A DNA stretch of 64,000 nucleotides from an uncultured Gemmatimonadales bacterium (GTDB taxonomy: Bacteria > Gemmatimonadota > Gemmatimonadetes > Longimicrobiales > RSA9). The DNA lies in the NCBI GenBank assembly GCA_963783305.1, contig CAWAMW010000017.1, positions 32,001-96,000 of the forward strand, given 5' to 3'. Shown one piece after another: positions 17,673-27,762 of this stretch (positions within the stretch are counted from its first letter, which is position 1; each line of letters opens with the position of its first letter). The position numbers were made by a program, and so were the translations under genes. Below the pieces are notes generated by a model that saw nothing but the letters and a program-made list of their open reading frames with translations, had not been told where the DNA came from and did no database searches.

Positions 17673-20353
17673 GGGGTCTGATGAAGAAGCTCGCCCTGGC
17701 GGCGGTGGCGCTGGCGGCAGCGGCTCCGGCTGCGGCGCAGGTAGCGACGGTGCCCACCGTGCTCACCGATCCGAGCTACAAGCCACAGATCGAGGAGGGC
17801 GCGGTCGACGTGCCGCGAGGCACACTGCTGATCCAGAACATCGACTCCGTCTGGACCGCCACCGGCGAGATCCTGACGGGCGTCGACATCCTGATCCGTG
17901 ACGGCGTGATCCGTGAGATCGGGACGGGGCTGCGGGCACCGCGCGGAGCGAAGACGCTGGATGCCGCGGGGCTGACGGCGATCCCGGGGATCGTGGACGA
18001 GCACTCTCACATCGCCATGACGACGAGCAACGAGTGCACGTCGCCCATCGTGCCGGAGACCCGGGTGATCGACCAGCTGGTGCCGGACGACTTCGGCGTC
18101 TTCCGGGCGCTGACGGGGGGTGTGACCACCGCGCAGGTGCTGCACGGCAGCTGCAACCTGGTGGGCGGCCAGAGCGCGATCATCAAGCCGCGCTGGGGGC
18201 TGACCGATCCGCTGCAGCTCCTGGTTCAGGGCGCGCCGCAGACGGTGAAGTTCGCGCTGGGCGAGAACGTGACCCGGAAGGCGTGGGGCTCCGATGGTCA
18301 GGCCCGGTACCCGCTGTCCCGGCAGGGTGTCGAGGCGCTCTACGTGCAGGCATTCAGCGCCGCGCAGGCGTACGAGCAGGAGTGGGAGCGATATCGTCAG
18401 AACCCGCGCTCGTTCCGTACACCGCCGCGCCGCGACCTTCGACTGGAGGCGCTGACGGAGATCATGAACGGCGACATCCGGGTGCACGCCCACAGCTACC
18501 GGGCGGACGAGATCCTGATGCTCATCGGGGTCGCGGAGCGGTTCGGCTTCAAGATCGACTGCTTCACGCACGTGCTCGAGGGCTACAAGGTGGCCGACGA
18601 GATGGCGCGCCACGGGGCGTGCGGCTCGACGTTCAGCGACTGGTGGCATTACAAGCTGGAGGCGTTCGACGCCATTCCGTACAACGCGGCCATCATGCAG
18701 GAGCATGGAGTCCACACCACGCTCAACTCGGACTCCGAGGAGCTTCAGACGTTCGCGCTCTACGAGATCCAGAAGCCGGTGAAGTACGGCGGCGTGTCGA
18801 AGGAGGAAGCGCTCCGGATGTACACGCTCTACGGCGCGCAGCAGCTCCTGATCGCCGACAAGGTGGGCTCCATCGAGGTCGGCAAGCACGGCGACATCGC
18901 GCTGCTGAGCGGAGACCCATTCGACGTTTCCACCATCGTGGAAAAGACCGTGATGGACGGGATCGTGTACTGGGACCGGGCGCAGGAGCTGGAGTACCGG
19001 CGCTTCCCCATGCGTCCCCTCCCTGCCCTGACGGGCGGGGCGGGCGTGACCCCCACGGTGCCGTGGGCGAGCGCCCGAGCGCTGATGGACGCCGGCGACG
19101 AGCTCACTGGTTCGCCCGCGGCGGGCGCGGTCGTCGGGACGAGCCCGGTTGCCATCGTGGGCGCCACGATCCACCCGGGTGACGGCCCGACGATCGAGAA
19201 CGGAGTGGTGGTGATCCGGGACGGTCGAATCGAGGCCGTGGGCTCCGCTTCACAGGTGCAGGTACCGGCGGACGCCCGGCGGGTGGAGGCGCAGGGTCGG
19301 CACCTGTTCCCGGGGATGATGGATGTCTCCACGGGACTGGGCCTCCAGGAGGTGGGCCAGGTGCAGACGGCCACGGACCAGCGCGAGGTCGGGAAGTTCA
19401 ACCCGCACCTGCGCGCCATGGTCGGCATGCAGCCGCACTCGGTCACGTACAACGTGGCCCGGGCGAACGGCGTCACCACGGTGGTGACCCATCAGTCCGG
19501 GGGTGTGATCCCCGGCGCGGCCTCGCTGATCCAGCTGAAGGGCGACACGCCGCGGCGGCTTTCGATCCAGGATCGCGCGGCCATGGTCATCAACTTCCCG
19601 CGTCCGGACGGCGACGCGTGGGAGGAGCCGAAGCTGGAGGGAACCGACCTCGAAGAGCTGATCGACCTGTTCGAGCGGACCGAGCGGTTCATCGGGAACC
19701 CGGCGACCCGTGACCGTCCGGACATGCCGTTCGAGGCGCAGGTCCACGGCGGCGAGCGGCTCATGCTCGAGGCGATGGCCCCTGTGGTCCGGGGGGACAT
19801 GCCCGCGTTCTTCCGGGTGTCCCGGGCCCGGGACGTGGGCACGCTGCTCCTCTTCCTCGACCGGTTCCCGGACGTCCGGGCGGTGATCATCGGCGGGGAC
19901 GAGGCGCACCGCTACGCGGAGGAACTGGGTGAGCGGCGGATCCCCGTGGTCGTGGGCACCGGACAGGGCGTGACGCGCGATCGGGATGATCCCTACCACG
20001 CCGCGTGGAGCAACGCGGCGATCCTGCACGAGGCGGGTGTGCCGGTGGCGTTCACGACCGACAATGTGGCGAACGTCCGGAACCTGCCGTACCACGCGGC
20101 GCGACACTGGGCGTACGGGCTGCCGCGGGACGTGGCGCTCCGGGCGGTCACGCTCACGCCCGCCGAGATCCTGGGACTCGGGGGCGAGATGGGCAGCATC
20201 ACACCAGGAAAGCGCGCGGACCTGGTGCTGACGGACGGCGATATCCTCCAGATCACGACGCACGTCGAGCGGATGTGGATCGGCGGGGATGAGGTGGATC
20301 CGCACGACAACAAGCAGTACCGGCTCTACCAGGAGTTCAAGGACCGGCACTAG
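17669..20353 (+). CDS. Secreted tandem amidohydrolase (two domains)
   Basis: Domain 1: PGIVDEHSH, VHAHSY, FTHVLEG, NSD, GSIEVGKHGD. Domain 2: FPGMMDVST, GSITPGKRAD. Confidence 0.88.
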   Translation: MRGLMKKLALAAVALAAAAPAAAQVATVPTVLTDPSYKPQIEEGAVDVPRGTLLIQNIDSVWTATGEILTGVDILIRDGVIREIGTGLRAPRGAKTLDAAGLTAIPGIVDEHSHIAMTTSNECTSPIVPETRVIDQLVPDDFGVFRALTGGVTTAQVLHGSCNLVGGQSAIIKPRWGLTDPLQLLVQGAPQTVKFALGENVTRKAWGSDGQARYPLSRQGVEALYVQAFSAAQAYEQEWERYRQNPRSFRTPPRRDLRLEALTEIMNGDIRVHAHSYRADEILMLIGVAERFGFKIDCFTHVLEGYKVADEMARHGACGSTFSDWWHYKLEAFDAIPYNAAIMQEHGVHTTLNSDSEELQTFALYEIQKPVKYGGVSKEEALRMYTLYGAQQLLIADKVGSIEVGKHGDIALLSGDPFDVSTIVEKTVMDGIVYWDRAQELEYRRFPMRPLPALTGGAGVTPTVPWASARALMDAGDELTGSPAAGAVVGTSPVAIVGATIHPGDGPTIENGVVVIRDGRIEAVGSASQVQVPADARRVEAQGRHLFPGMMDVSTGLGLQEVGQVQTATDQREVGKFNPHLRAMVGMQPHSVTYNVARANGVTTVVTHQSGGVIPGAASLIQLKGDTPRRLSIQDRAAMVINFPRPDGDAWEEPKLEGTDLEELIDLFERTERFIGNPATRDRPDMPFEAQVHGGERLMLEAMAPVVRGDMPAFFRVSRARDVGTLLLFLDRFPDVRAVIIGGDEAHRYAEELGERRIPVVVGTGQGVTRDRDDPYHAAWSNAAILHEAGVPVAFTTDNVANVRNLPYHAARHWAYGLPRDVALRAVTLTPAEILGLGGEMGSITPGKRADLVLTDGDILQITTHVERMWIGGDEVDPHDNKQYRLYQEFKDRH

Positions 20354-20373
20354 GACCGCCGGCGCCGGATGCA

Positions 20374-20411
20374 GCAGAAGGGCCCGACCGGGAACGGTCG
20401 GGCCCTTCTGC
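20374..20411. terminator. 17-bp perfect hairpin between convergent genes
   Basis: GCAGAAGGGCCCGACCG-GGAA-CGGTCGGGCCCTTCTGC. Confidence 0.75.
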
Positions 20412-20452
20412 GTGTGGCGCATGACGGTCTGGCCGCGGGCCGGCGGGTCGGG

Positions 20453-22336
20453 TCAGGCGGTTTCGGCGTGCCGGCCCAGGTCGCCCGCGGGAACGGGGGC
20501 GCCCACGAGGTAGCCCTGGATGAAGTCGCAGCCCAGTTCTCGCAGCCACTCCAGCTGGTCCTCCCGCTCCACCCCCTTGGCCAGCACCTTCGCGCGGATC
20601 CCATGGGCGATGGCGATGGTCGCCTCCACCAGGTGTTCGTCGCCGTCGTCGCCGCCAATGCCTGTCACGAACTGCGGATGCAGCTTGAGGATGTCGATGG
20701 GCAGGCGCTTCAGGCGCGCGAACGATGTGGCACCCACGCCGAAGTCGTCCAGAGCGATGGCTGCGCCGGCGTTCTTGAGCTCCCACATCAGGTCCGCGGC
20801 GGCATCGGTGTCCTTGAATACGGCGGACTCCGGCATCTCCAGGACCAGCGACCCGGGGGCCAGGTCGGCGCCGCCGAGGACGCCGCGCAGGTAATCGGCG
20901 AGCCCCGGATCCGAGACCGACTGCGGCGACAGGTTAACCGCCACCCAGCCCGTCATCCCCTCGGCCAGGCCGGTCCCACGCTCGTGGACCGCCCGTGCGA
21001 TGGCCCACCGGTCGAGTGAGCGGATCAGGCCGGAGCGCTCCGCCAGCTCGATGAAGTCGGCGGCCACGACCATACCTCGGGCGAAGTGACGCCAGCGCGA
21101 GAGCGCTTCCGCGCCGACCATCTGACCGGTCATCAGCTGGAAAACGGGCTGGTAGTGGAGCTGGAACTCGTGGCGCTCCAGCCCTCGCTTCAGTTCCTGT
21201 TCGAGCTGCATCCTCTCGTTGAACGCGGTGCGGAGCTCCGGCCGATAGAACTGGATCCCCGTCGCCTCCGTCTTGGCCCGGTACATGGCCACGTCCGCCG
21301 CCTTCAGGAGCGACTCCAGATCGTCGGCATCCGTCGGGAACATGGCCACGCCGAGGCTCGCGGCCATCGCGATTTCGTGCCCCTGCTCCCCCACCCTGAA
21401 GGGCATGTTCTCCAGGATGCGGTGCCCCACGCGACCGGCCGCCTCCTCGTCCTGGACCTCCGTCAGGATGATCGCGAACTCGTCCCCGCGCAGCCGCGCG
21501 ACGATGTCGGTGTCGCGCAGGGTCTTCTGGAGCGAGCGGGCCACCTCGACCAGCACGTCGTCCCCCTCCTCCGGGCCCAGAAGGTCGTTCACCTGCCTGA
21601 ACTGGTCGAGGTCCATGTACAGGACCGCCACGGGCTCCCTGTGGCGTCGGGCCAGCGACAGTGCCTTCTCGCCCTGCTCGAAGAAGAACCGGCGATTGGC
21701 GAGGCCCGTGAGGGCGTCATAGTACGCCAGGTGCTGGATCTCGCTCTCGAAGGTCTTCCGCGGGGTGATGTCACGGACCGAGACGAGGAGGCCCCGCACG
21801 GCGGGCGACTCCACCAGGTTCGTGATTCGAACGTGGCGGAAGCAATCGCTCCCATCGGCGTCCCAGCCGCCGATGTCGAGTGAGATGGCGAGGCCCGGCT
21901 GCCGCCGCACCTTCGCGAACGCACGGAGCGCCCGCCGGCGGTCGCTCTCCCGAACGAGCCCGAGGATCCCGCCCGGACCGTCGAGCTGGGAGGGGTCGAT
22001 GCCGCACACGTTCCGGACGTTATCGCTCACGAAGGCAACGGACCCATGCGCGTCCAGGACCACGTGGGAATCGGAGCTCTGATCGAGGAGCACCTCGTGC
22101 AGCCGGTGTGCCTCGCGCTCCCGGTCGATGTAGCGGGCGGTCTCGGCGAGGTGGCGGCGGTAGAGGAACCAGAGTATGGCGATCCCCAGCCACACGGCGG
22201 CCGCGACGATGGCGGGGACTGCCCGGCCGGACAGCGCAAGGGCCGGCACCAGGTAGAGCGCGGTGCCGGCCAGCAGCGCACCGAAGAGCGCGTGTGTGGC
22301 CGAAGGGGTCCGGCGGCCGAATTCGAGAGGGGTCAT
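20453..22336 (-). CDS. Membrane PAS-GGDEF-EAL c-di-GMP enzyme
   Basis: Two TM helices, a PAS domain, YYDALTGLANR, RGDEF variant, EALSRW, DDFGVG, KGVE, QGY. Confidence 0.92.
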   Translation of the reverse strand: MTPLEFGRRTPSATHALFGALLAGTALYLVPALALSGRAVPAIVAAAVWLGIAILWFLYRRHLAETARYIDREREAHRLHEVLLDQSSDSHVVLDAHGSVAFVSDNVRNVCGIDPSQLDGPGGILGLVRESDRRRALRAFAKVRRQPGLAISLDIGGWDADGSDCFRHVRITNLVESPAVRGLLVSVRDITPRKTFESEIQHLAYYDALTGLANRRFFFEQGEKALSLARRHREPVAVLYMDLDQFRQVNDLLGPEEGDDVLVEVARSLQKTLRDTDIVARLRGDEFAIILTEVQDEEAAGRVGHRILENMPFRVGEQGHEIAMAASLGVAMFPTDADDLESLLKAADVAMYRAKTEATGIQFYRPELRTAFNERMQLEQELKRGLERHEFQLHYQPVFQLMTGQMVGAEALSRWRHFARGMVVAADFIELAERSGLIRSLDRWAIARAVHERGTGLAEGMTGWVAVNLSPQSVSDPGLADYLRGVLGGADLAPGSLVLEMPESAVFKDTDAAADLMWELKNAGAAIALDDFGVGATSFARLKRLPIDILKLHPQFVTGIGGDDGDEHLVEATIAIAHGIRAKVLAKGVEREDQLEWLRELGCDFIQGYLVGAPVPAGDLGRHAETA

Positions 22337-22405
22337 GGAAGTGTCAATATGCCGCGCGCGGCCCCGCTGGAGCAAGCACGGAGGCCGCGGGCCCGACCCC
22401 GGCTC

Positions 22406-23950
22406 CTATCGCCCGCCCACGTGTCCCTCGTTGGTTTCGATCCATTGATGGAAGAACGGCGCCAGATCGCGGCCGGACACTTCTTCCATCACGTTCCGGA
22501 AATCCTGGCCGGTCACCTGCCGGAATCTGAAGCGGTCGTAGTACTCGCGGAGACCCGTCCGGAATACGTTCTCGCCCAACTCGTCCCTGAGCATCCGCAG
22601 CACCAGGGAGCCCTTGCGGTACGTCATGGTGCTGTACATGCCATAGCTGCTGAACTCGGCACCGGGCAGACCCACCGGCTCCGAGCGGCCGGCCTCGTCC
22701 AGCTGCGCGATGCCGGCCTCGGTGCGCCCCCATACCTCCTCGGGATCCGCGCCTCGCTCGACCCGCAGCCAGTTCGTGAGGAAGCTGGCCATCCCCTCGT
22801 CGAGCCAACCCTCCCGCCACTCGTTGTTGGCCAGGATCCCGTGGGCGACCATGTGCATGGTCTCGTGCACCACGGCCCCGCCACTGGTCATGTAGAGCAT
22901 CGGGAACTCCGTGGCCCCTCCCTCGACCCGGTCGGTGACCGTGATCTGCGGCCACGGGTACTCGCCGAAGAGCTCCTCCAGCCAGTCGAGAGCGACCTTC
23001 TCCTGCGCCATTATCCGCTCCGCGTCCCACCCCTCGCTGGCCGGCTCCCACAGCAGGTGGATGGGCGTCTCGTTCCAGCGCCCGCCCATGTAGCGGTAGT
23101 CGGGCGAGGTGCTCCAGGCGAAGTTGTGCACGTCCTGGGCACGCCAGCGGATCCTCTTCCGGTCCGGCGGCGGGTCGCCCTCGAAGAGGCCGAGGGGACG
23201 AGCGGGGTGGCCGCCGTAGAAATCGCTGCGGTAGAGAGGCGGGTCGGAGCCCGGAACGGCGGCCCCCTCCCAGCCGGGATCCCCGGACGCCGGCACGCCG
23301 GTGGCGCCGACGACCTGGTCGGCCGGGAGGTCGAGGGTGATGTCGTAGGACCCGAACGTACCGTTCAGCTCGCCCGGCCGGATATGCGACCGGTACTCCC
23401 AACCGTCGCTGCCGTACACGGCGACCCGCGGGTACCAGTGAGCCCAGTTGTAGTGACGTCCCTTCCTGCCCTGCCGGCGCGGCTCCGTGGCCAGGCGGGC
23501 GCGCCAGTCGATGGTGGCCACCAGGGAGTCGCCGGGCGCCAGCGGCTTCCGCAGCTCGACGTAGAACACCGTGGAGTCCGGCGCACCGGGGTAGACGGGC
23601 GAGATGGCGCGGCCGTCAATGGTGAACCCCTGGATGCGCTCGAATGCGTGCTGGTCCGGCCCGAGGTCCTGGAACGTGCGGTCCCCGAACCGGAGATCGT
23701 AGCGGGCCCAGTCGCTGTTCGGCCGGAAGGCGTTCAGGTACTGGTGGAAGTAGAGGCGGTCGAGAGCGTCGGGCGAGTGGTTGGTGTAGCGGAGCAGCGC
23801 TCGGCCGGTAAGGACGTGGGTCGCTTCATCCTGACGCGCCTCCACGCGGTATTCCACGCCCTGCTGGAACGGGTGATGGCGCTCCTGCGCGGCGGTCGGA
23901 GCCGCCGCGAGAGCGGTGAGCAGCAGGGTGTATCCGAAGCGGTGCGTCAA
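22406..23950 (-). CDS. Secreted M1 family zinc aminopeptidase
   Basis: Signal peptide, GGATEF, HETMH...WLDEG (HExxH-x18-E), YRKG. Confidence 0.9.
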   Translation of the reverse strand: MTHRFGYTLLLTALAAAPTAAQERHHPFQQGVEYRVEARQDEATHVLTGRALLRYTNHSPDALDRLYFHQYLNAFRPNSDWARYDLRFGDRTFQDLGPDQHAFERIQGFTIDGRAISPVYPGAPDSTVFYVELRKPLAPGDSLVATIDWRARLATEPRRQGRKGRHYNWAHWYPRVAVYGSDGWEYRSHIRPGELNGTFGSYDITLDLPADQVVGATGVPASGDPGWEGAAVPGSDPPLYRSDFYGGHPARPLGLFEGDPPPDRKRIRWRAQDVHNFAWSTSPDYRYMGGRWNETPIHLLWEPASEGWDAERIMAQEKVALDWLEELFGEYPWPQITVTDRVEGGATEFPMLYMTSGGAVVHETMHMVAHGILANNEWREGWLDEGMASFLTNWLRVERGADPEEVWGRTEAGIAQLDEAGRSEPVGLPGAEFSSYGMYSTMTYRKGSLVLRMLRDELGENVFRTGLREYYDRFRFRQVTGQDFRNVMEEVSGRDLAPFFHQWIETNEGHVGGR

Positions 23951-25491
23951 AGGTCCTCCTCTTCCTGCATTGCGTGGAACATCGGTTCGGTGTCATCGGG
24001 CGGCCTCGTCACGAGGCTCACGGCCACGGTCGCGAGGAGGCCCGCCGCGAAGGCGGGGATCAACTCGTACAGCGCACCCTTGAGCGCCGGTGTGAAGTAC
24101 CAGACGAAGGTGGTGAGCGTTCCAGCGATGAGCCCGGCGAAAACGCCCGCTCGGGTGGTCCCATGCCAGAACAGAGCCAGGATGGAGGTGGGCCCGAGGG
24201 CAGCGCCGAGGCCGGCCCAGGCGAAGAGTACGAGCCAGAAGACGAGCTCGTCGGCGGCCCAACCGAGGAGTAGCGCCAGAAGGACCAGCGCGACCACGAC
24301 ACCGCGACTGACCAGCACCATGGTCCGCTGACCCAGCGGCCGCCCCTTACGAATCACCTTCTCGTACACGTCGCGGACCACCGTGGACGCGGCCACGAGG
24401 AGCTGGGAGTCGGCGGTGGACATGATGGCGGCGAATATGGCGGCTACCACCACACCGAAGAGCACCGGCGGCAGGTGCTCCTGCGCCACGACGGGGAAAA
24501 TGTTCTCCGGGTCGCCCAGCGGCAGCGCCGCCACGTCGGTCATGTAGGCGCGGCCGATCATCCCGATGAGGACCGCGCCCGCGCCCATGAGCACGTTCCA
24601 GGCGGTGCCCACGACGGCCGCGAAGCGCAGCTGTCGCGCACTGTCGATGGACATGTAGCGGACGAGGATGTGCGGGTTGCCCGGGGATCCCAGGCCGATG
24701 CCGACGAAGCCGAGCCCGGCGCCGAGCGAGATCGCCAGCGGGTCGGGCAGCCCCGGGTCGAGTCTGCCGAGCTCGGCCATCATGGCGCCCCAGCCGCCGA
24801 AATCCGCGATGGCGAGCCAGGGCACGACCAGGAGCGCGAAGAGCATGAATACCGCCTGCACCGTGTCGGTGAGACTCACGGCAATGAACCCGCCCAGCAC
24901 CGTGTAGCCGAGGACGATCCCCGCTGTGAGGAGGATCCCGACCTCCGGGCTCAGGCCGAAGCTCGCCCCGATAGCCTTGCCACCGCCGACGAACTGCGCC
25001 GCCACGTACGCCACCATGAAGACGAGGATCACGACGGCCAGGGCGATGCGCAGCGCACCCGAGTCATGGAAGCGGGCGGCGAAGAAATCGGGCAGCGTGA
25101 TACAGTCGTATCGCTCACTCAACCGGCGCAGCCGCGGCGCGTAGAACCAGAAGAGCAGCGCCTCCACCGCGGTGTAGCCGACCACCGCCCAGAGCGCGGC
25201 GGCGCCCAGGCTGAACGCCATCCCGGTCACGCCCAGCAGCAGCCAGGAACTGCGGCCGGACACGACTGCGGAGAGCGCCACCACGAACCGGTTCATCCTG
25301 CGGCCACCGAGGAAGAACTCGGCGAGTCCGGCGGACGAGGTGCGGGCGGACCAGGCGCCGATGCCGACGAGGATGACCAGGTAGACCAGGAACGCCGCGA
25401 CCGCGGCACTGTTCGCCTGTATCTGGGCGGGACCGGCCGCGGCGTCCTGCGCAGCGGTGATGCTCGGGTTCAGGTGCACGAGTGGGCTCAA
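23947..25491 (-). CDS. putP: Sodium/proline symporter (SSS family)
   Basis: FFLGGR, ALSAVVSGRSSWLLLG, GGFIAVSLTD, PGNPHILVRYM, AAIMSTADSQLL. Start position uncertain. Confidence 0.88.
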   Translation of the reverse strand: MSPLVHLNPSITAAQDAAAGPAQIQANSAAVAAFLVYLVILVGIGAWSARTSSAGLAEFFLGGRRMNRFVVALSAVVSGRSSWLLLGVTGMAFSLGAAALWAVVGYTAVEALLFWFYAPRLRRLSERYDCITLPDFFAARFHDSGALRIALAVVILVFMVAYVAAQFVGGGKAIGASFGLSPEVGILLTAGIVLGYTVLGGFIAVSLTDTVQAVFMLFALLVVPWLAIADFGGWGAMMAELGRLDPGLPDPLAISLGAGLGFVGIGLGSPGNPHILVRYMSIDSARQLRFAAVVGTAWNVLMGAGAVLIGMIGRAYMTDVAALPLGDPENIFPVVAQEHLPPVLFGVVVAAIFAAIMSTADSQLLVAASTVVRDVYEKVIRKGRPLGQRTMVLVSRGVVVALVLLALLLGWAADELVFWLVLFAWAGLGAALGPTSILALFWHGTTRAGVFAGLIAGTLTTFVWYFTPALKGALYELIPAFAAGLLATVAVSLVTRPPDDTEPMFHAMQEEEDL

Positions 25492-25592
25492 GGCGCGTCC
25501 GGATTCGCCGGGTTGGCGGTGTCAGTGGTCGGGGTCAGGGGGGTGACGTTCGTGTGGTGGCCGGGGGGACGCAAGGCGGGGAGTCGCGGCTC

Positions 25593-25665
25593 GGGGTGGC
25601 GTGGGGGGTGGCGTGGGGGGATCGCGCGGGGGGGATCGCGCGGGGGGATCGCGCGCGGGGGATCG
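25593..25665. repeat. G-rich imperfect repeats (G5-7ATCGCGC x4; GGGGTGGCGT x2)
   Basis: Read directly from the sequence. Confidence 0.75.
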
Positions 25666-26129
25666 GGCTCGGGGTGGTAGTCCGGATTCCGGGCTCACCT
25701 CCCGGCTCGGGGATGTTCGCCGGTCTGGATGTCGTGGACCGACGGAATTGATCGACCGGCCCCGCAAAGCCGTGGGTCTCCGCCTCCGGACCGCCGCGGC
25801 CACAGGCGGGATCCCGGCCCGGGGGGCCGTGGGTGAAGGCCGCGCCCGGCATGGCGGCTGAACTCTCGCGGTTGAGCGCCCCGGTCTTCAGCCGCCGCGC
25901 TCCTCAGCGACGTCGGGGCTGCCCGGGAGCGGATTGCAGCCCGGGGCGTTCAGCAGAGACGGCGCTTGGCGGCGTGAAGGCTGAAATCGGGCCGGGTCGC
26001 CGGCGCAGAATCAGCCCCCGCGCCACCGGGGGTACCGCCACCACCGCCGGGCACTTCCCCGCCCATCACCGTCACCGGCCGAGTTTGCTCCCGCGCCAGT
26101 CCTCCCTCCCGGCCTGCCCTCGCACCCTC

Positions 26130-26192
26130 CCCTCGTCACCCTCGTCACCCTCGTCACCCTCGTCACCCTCGTCACCCTCGTCACCCTCGTCA
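26130..26192. repeat. 9-bp tandem repeat CCCTCGTCA x7
   Basis: Seven perfect copies with degenerate flanks. Confidence 0.95.
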
Positions 26193-26317
26193 CCCCCGCC
26201 ACCCCCTATTCCCGCGTTCCCGAGTTCCCACCACCCGCGATCCTGCTTGCTCACCCCGCCGGGCCTGGCCCATCTTCCCTCCTCCACCCAGTCCAGCCAG
26301 CAGGAGCCGAACATACG

Positions 26318-27751
26318 ATGAGCCATTCCTCGCCCTTGATCCCAGCCCTCCTCCTCGCCCTGACGCTGGCCGTGCCCCTCCAGGCACAGGACCCGCTCAC
26401 ACCGCCCGATCGGGATCTCCGGATCCGGGAGATCATCGACGCGGTCTCCGCGGACCGGATCGCGGCGGATGTCCGCACGCTGGTGGACTTCGGAACGCGG
26501 CACACGCTTTCCGACACGGTGTCCGCGACCCGGGGGATCGGCGCCGCCCGGCGCTGGGTGCACGCGGAGTTCGAGCGGATCAGCGCGGCGTGCGGCGGCT
26601 GCCTGGAGGTGGAGTACCAGCGCTACCTGGTGGAGGGGGACCCCGAGGGCCGGATCCGGGAGGACTCCTGGGTCGTGAGTGTCACCGCCACACTGCGCGG
26701 CAGTAGGCACCCGAACCGGTACGTGATCATGAGCGGCGACATCGACAGCCGCGTCTCGGATGCGCTCGACGCGACGTCCGAGAGCCCGGGAGCGAACGAC
26801 AACGCCAGCGGGCTGGCGGGGACGATCGAAGCGGCCCGGGTACTGACCCAGCAGGTCTACCGCGCGGGTGAGCGGGGGTTCGACAAGACGGTGGTGTTCG
26901 CGGGACTCGCGGGGGAGGAGCAGGGGCTGTTCGGAGGCCAGCACCTGGCGGCGAAGGCGCGGGACGAGGGGTGGGTGATCGAGGGCGTGCTGAACAACGA
27001 CATGATCGGCAACATCGCGGGCGTGGACGAGGTCGTGGACAACACGTCCTTCCGCGTGTTCAGTGAGCCGCGATCGCCCACGGAGGATGAACGGACGTGG
27101 CGGATGCTCCGCTTCTACGGCGGTGAAGTGGACGGTCCGTCACGGCAGCTGGCCCGCTATGTGGAGCGCATCACGGACGAGTATTTCCGGAACCTCGACG
27201 CGATGATGATCTACCGCCTCGACCGCTTCGGCCGCGGCGGCCACCACCGGCCGTTCAACGACCTTGGGTTCCCGGGCGTACGCATCATGGAGACGCACGA
27301 GAACTACGACCGGCAGCACCAGGACCTGCGGGTGGAGGACGGCGTGGAGTACGGGGACGTCATCGATTATGTCGATTTCGACTACGCCCGCCGCCTCACC
27401 GGCGTCAACGCCGCCGTGCTCGCATCGCTGGCGTGGGCGCCGCCGCCCCCCGCAGAGGCGCGGATCGCCGGGGCTGTGGAGCCGGCGGCCCGGGTGAGTT
27501 GGAGCGTGCAGGGTGAGGGTGAGAGCTGGGTGGCCGCCCCTGCCGATACCGACCTGGCCGGCTACAAGATCTACTGGCGGCTCACCACCGCGCCGCAGTG
27601 GACCGACTGGGTCTTCGTACCGTGGACGGGCGAGAGCGACATGAGCCGCGTCATGGAGCATCTGGTGATCGACAACTTCTTCTTCGGCGTGGCCTCCGTG
27701 GACCGACAGGGGCACGAGTCGGTGGTGGTGTTCCCGAGACCGGGCCGGTAG
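26318..27751 (+). CDS. Secreted M28 family peptidase
   Basis: Signal peptide, FGTRHT, PGANDNASG, GEEQGLFG, NNDMIG, GGHH. Confidence 0.9.
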   Translation: MSHSSPLIPALLLALTLAVPLQAQDPLTPPDRDLRIREIIDAVSADRIAADVRTLVDFGTRHTLSDTVSATRGIGAARRWVHAEFERISAACGGCLEVEYQRYLVEGDPEGRIREDSWVVSVTATLRGSRHPNRYVIMSGDIDSRVSDALDATSESPGANDNASGLAGTIEAARVLTQQVYRAGERGFDKTVVFAGLAGEEQGLFGGQHLAAKARDEGWVIEGVLNNDMIGNIAGVDEVVDNTSFRVFSEPRSPTEDERTWRMLRFYGGEVDGPSRQLARYVERITDEYFRNLDAMMIYRLDRFGRGGHHRPFNDLGFPGVRIMETHENYDRQHQDLRVEDGVEYGDVIDYVDFDYARRLTGVNAAVLASLAWAPPPPAEARIAGAVEPAARVSWSVQGEGESWVAAPADTDLAGYKIYWRLTTAPQWTDWVFVPWTGESDMSRVMEHLVIDNFFFGVASVDRQGHESVVVFPRPGR

Positions 27752-27762
27752 CGGTCGGCGCT

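Noticed and set aside
16742..19174. Long antisense ORFs here and at 22046-24331, 37613-39676, 41136-42998 and elsewhere
   Set aside because: Shadow ORFs expected in high-GC DNA opposite well-supported genes; no recognisable motifs.
22371..22387. Sigma54 promoter for the GGDEF-EAL gene
   Set aside because: GG-to-GC spacing is 11 nt rather than the required 10.
25830..26040. Glycine or other amino-acid riboswitch upstream of putP
   Set aside because: Conserved motifs (GGAGA, CCGAAG, CTCAGG in order) were not found on the putP strand.
26130..26192. CRISPR array or coding repeat (VTR/GDE/SSP ORFs)
   Set aside because: No spacers and no cas genes. The overlapping ORFs are low-complexity by-products of the repeat.
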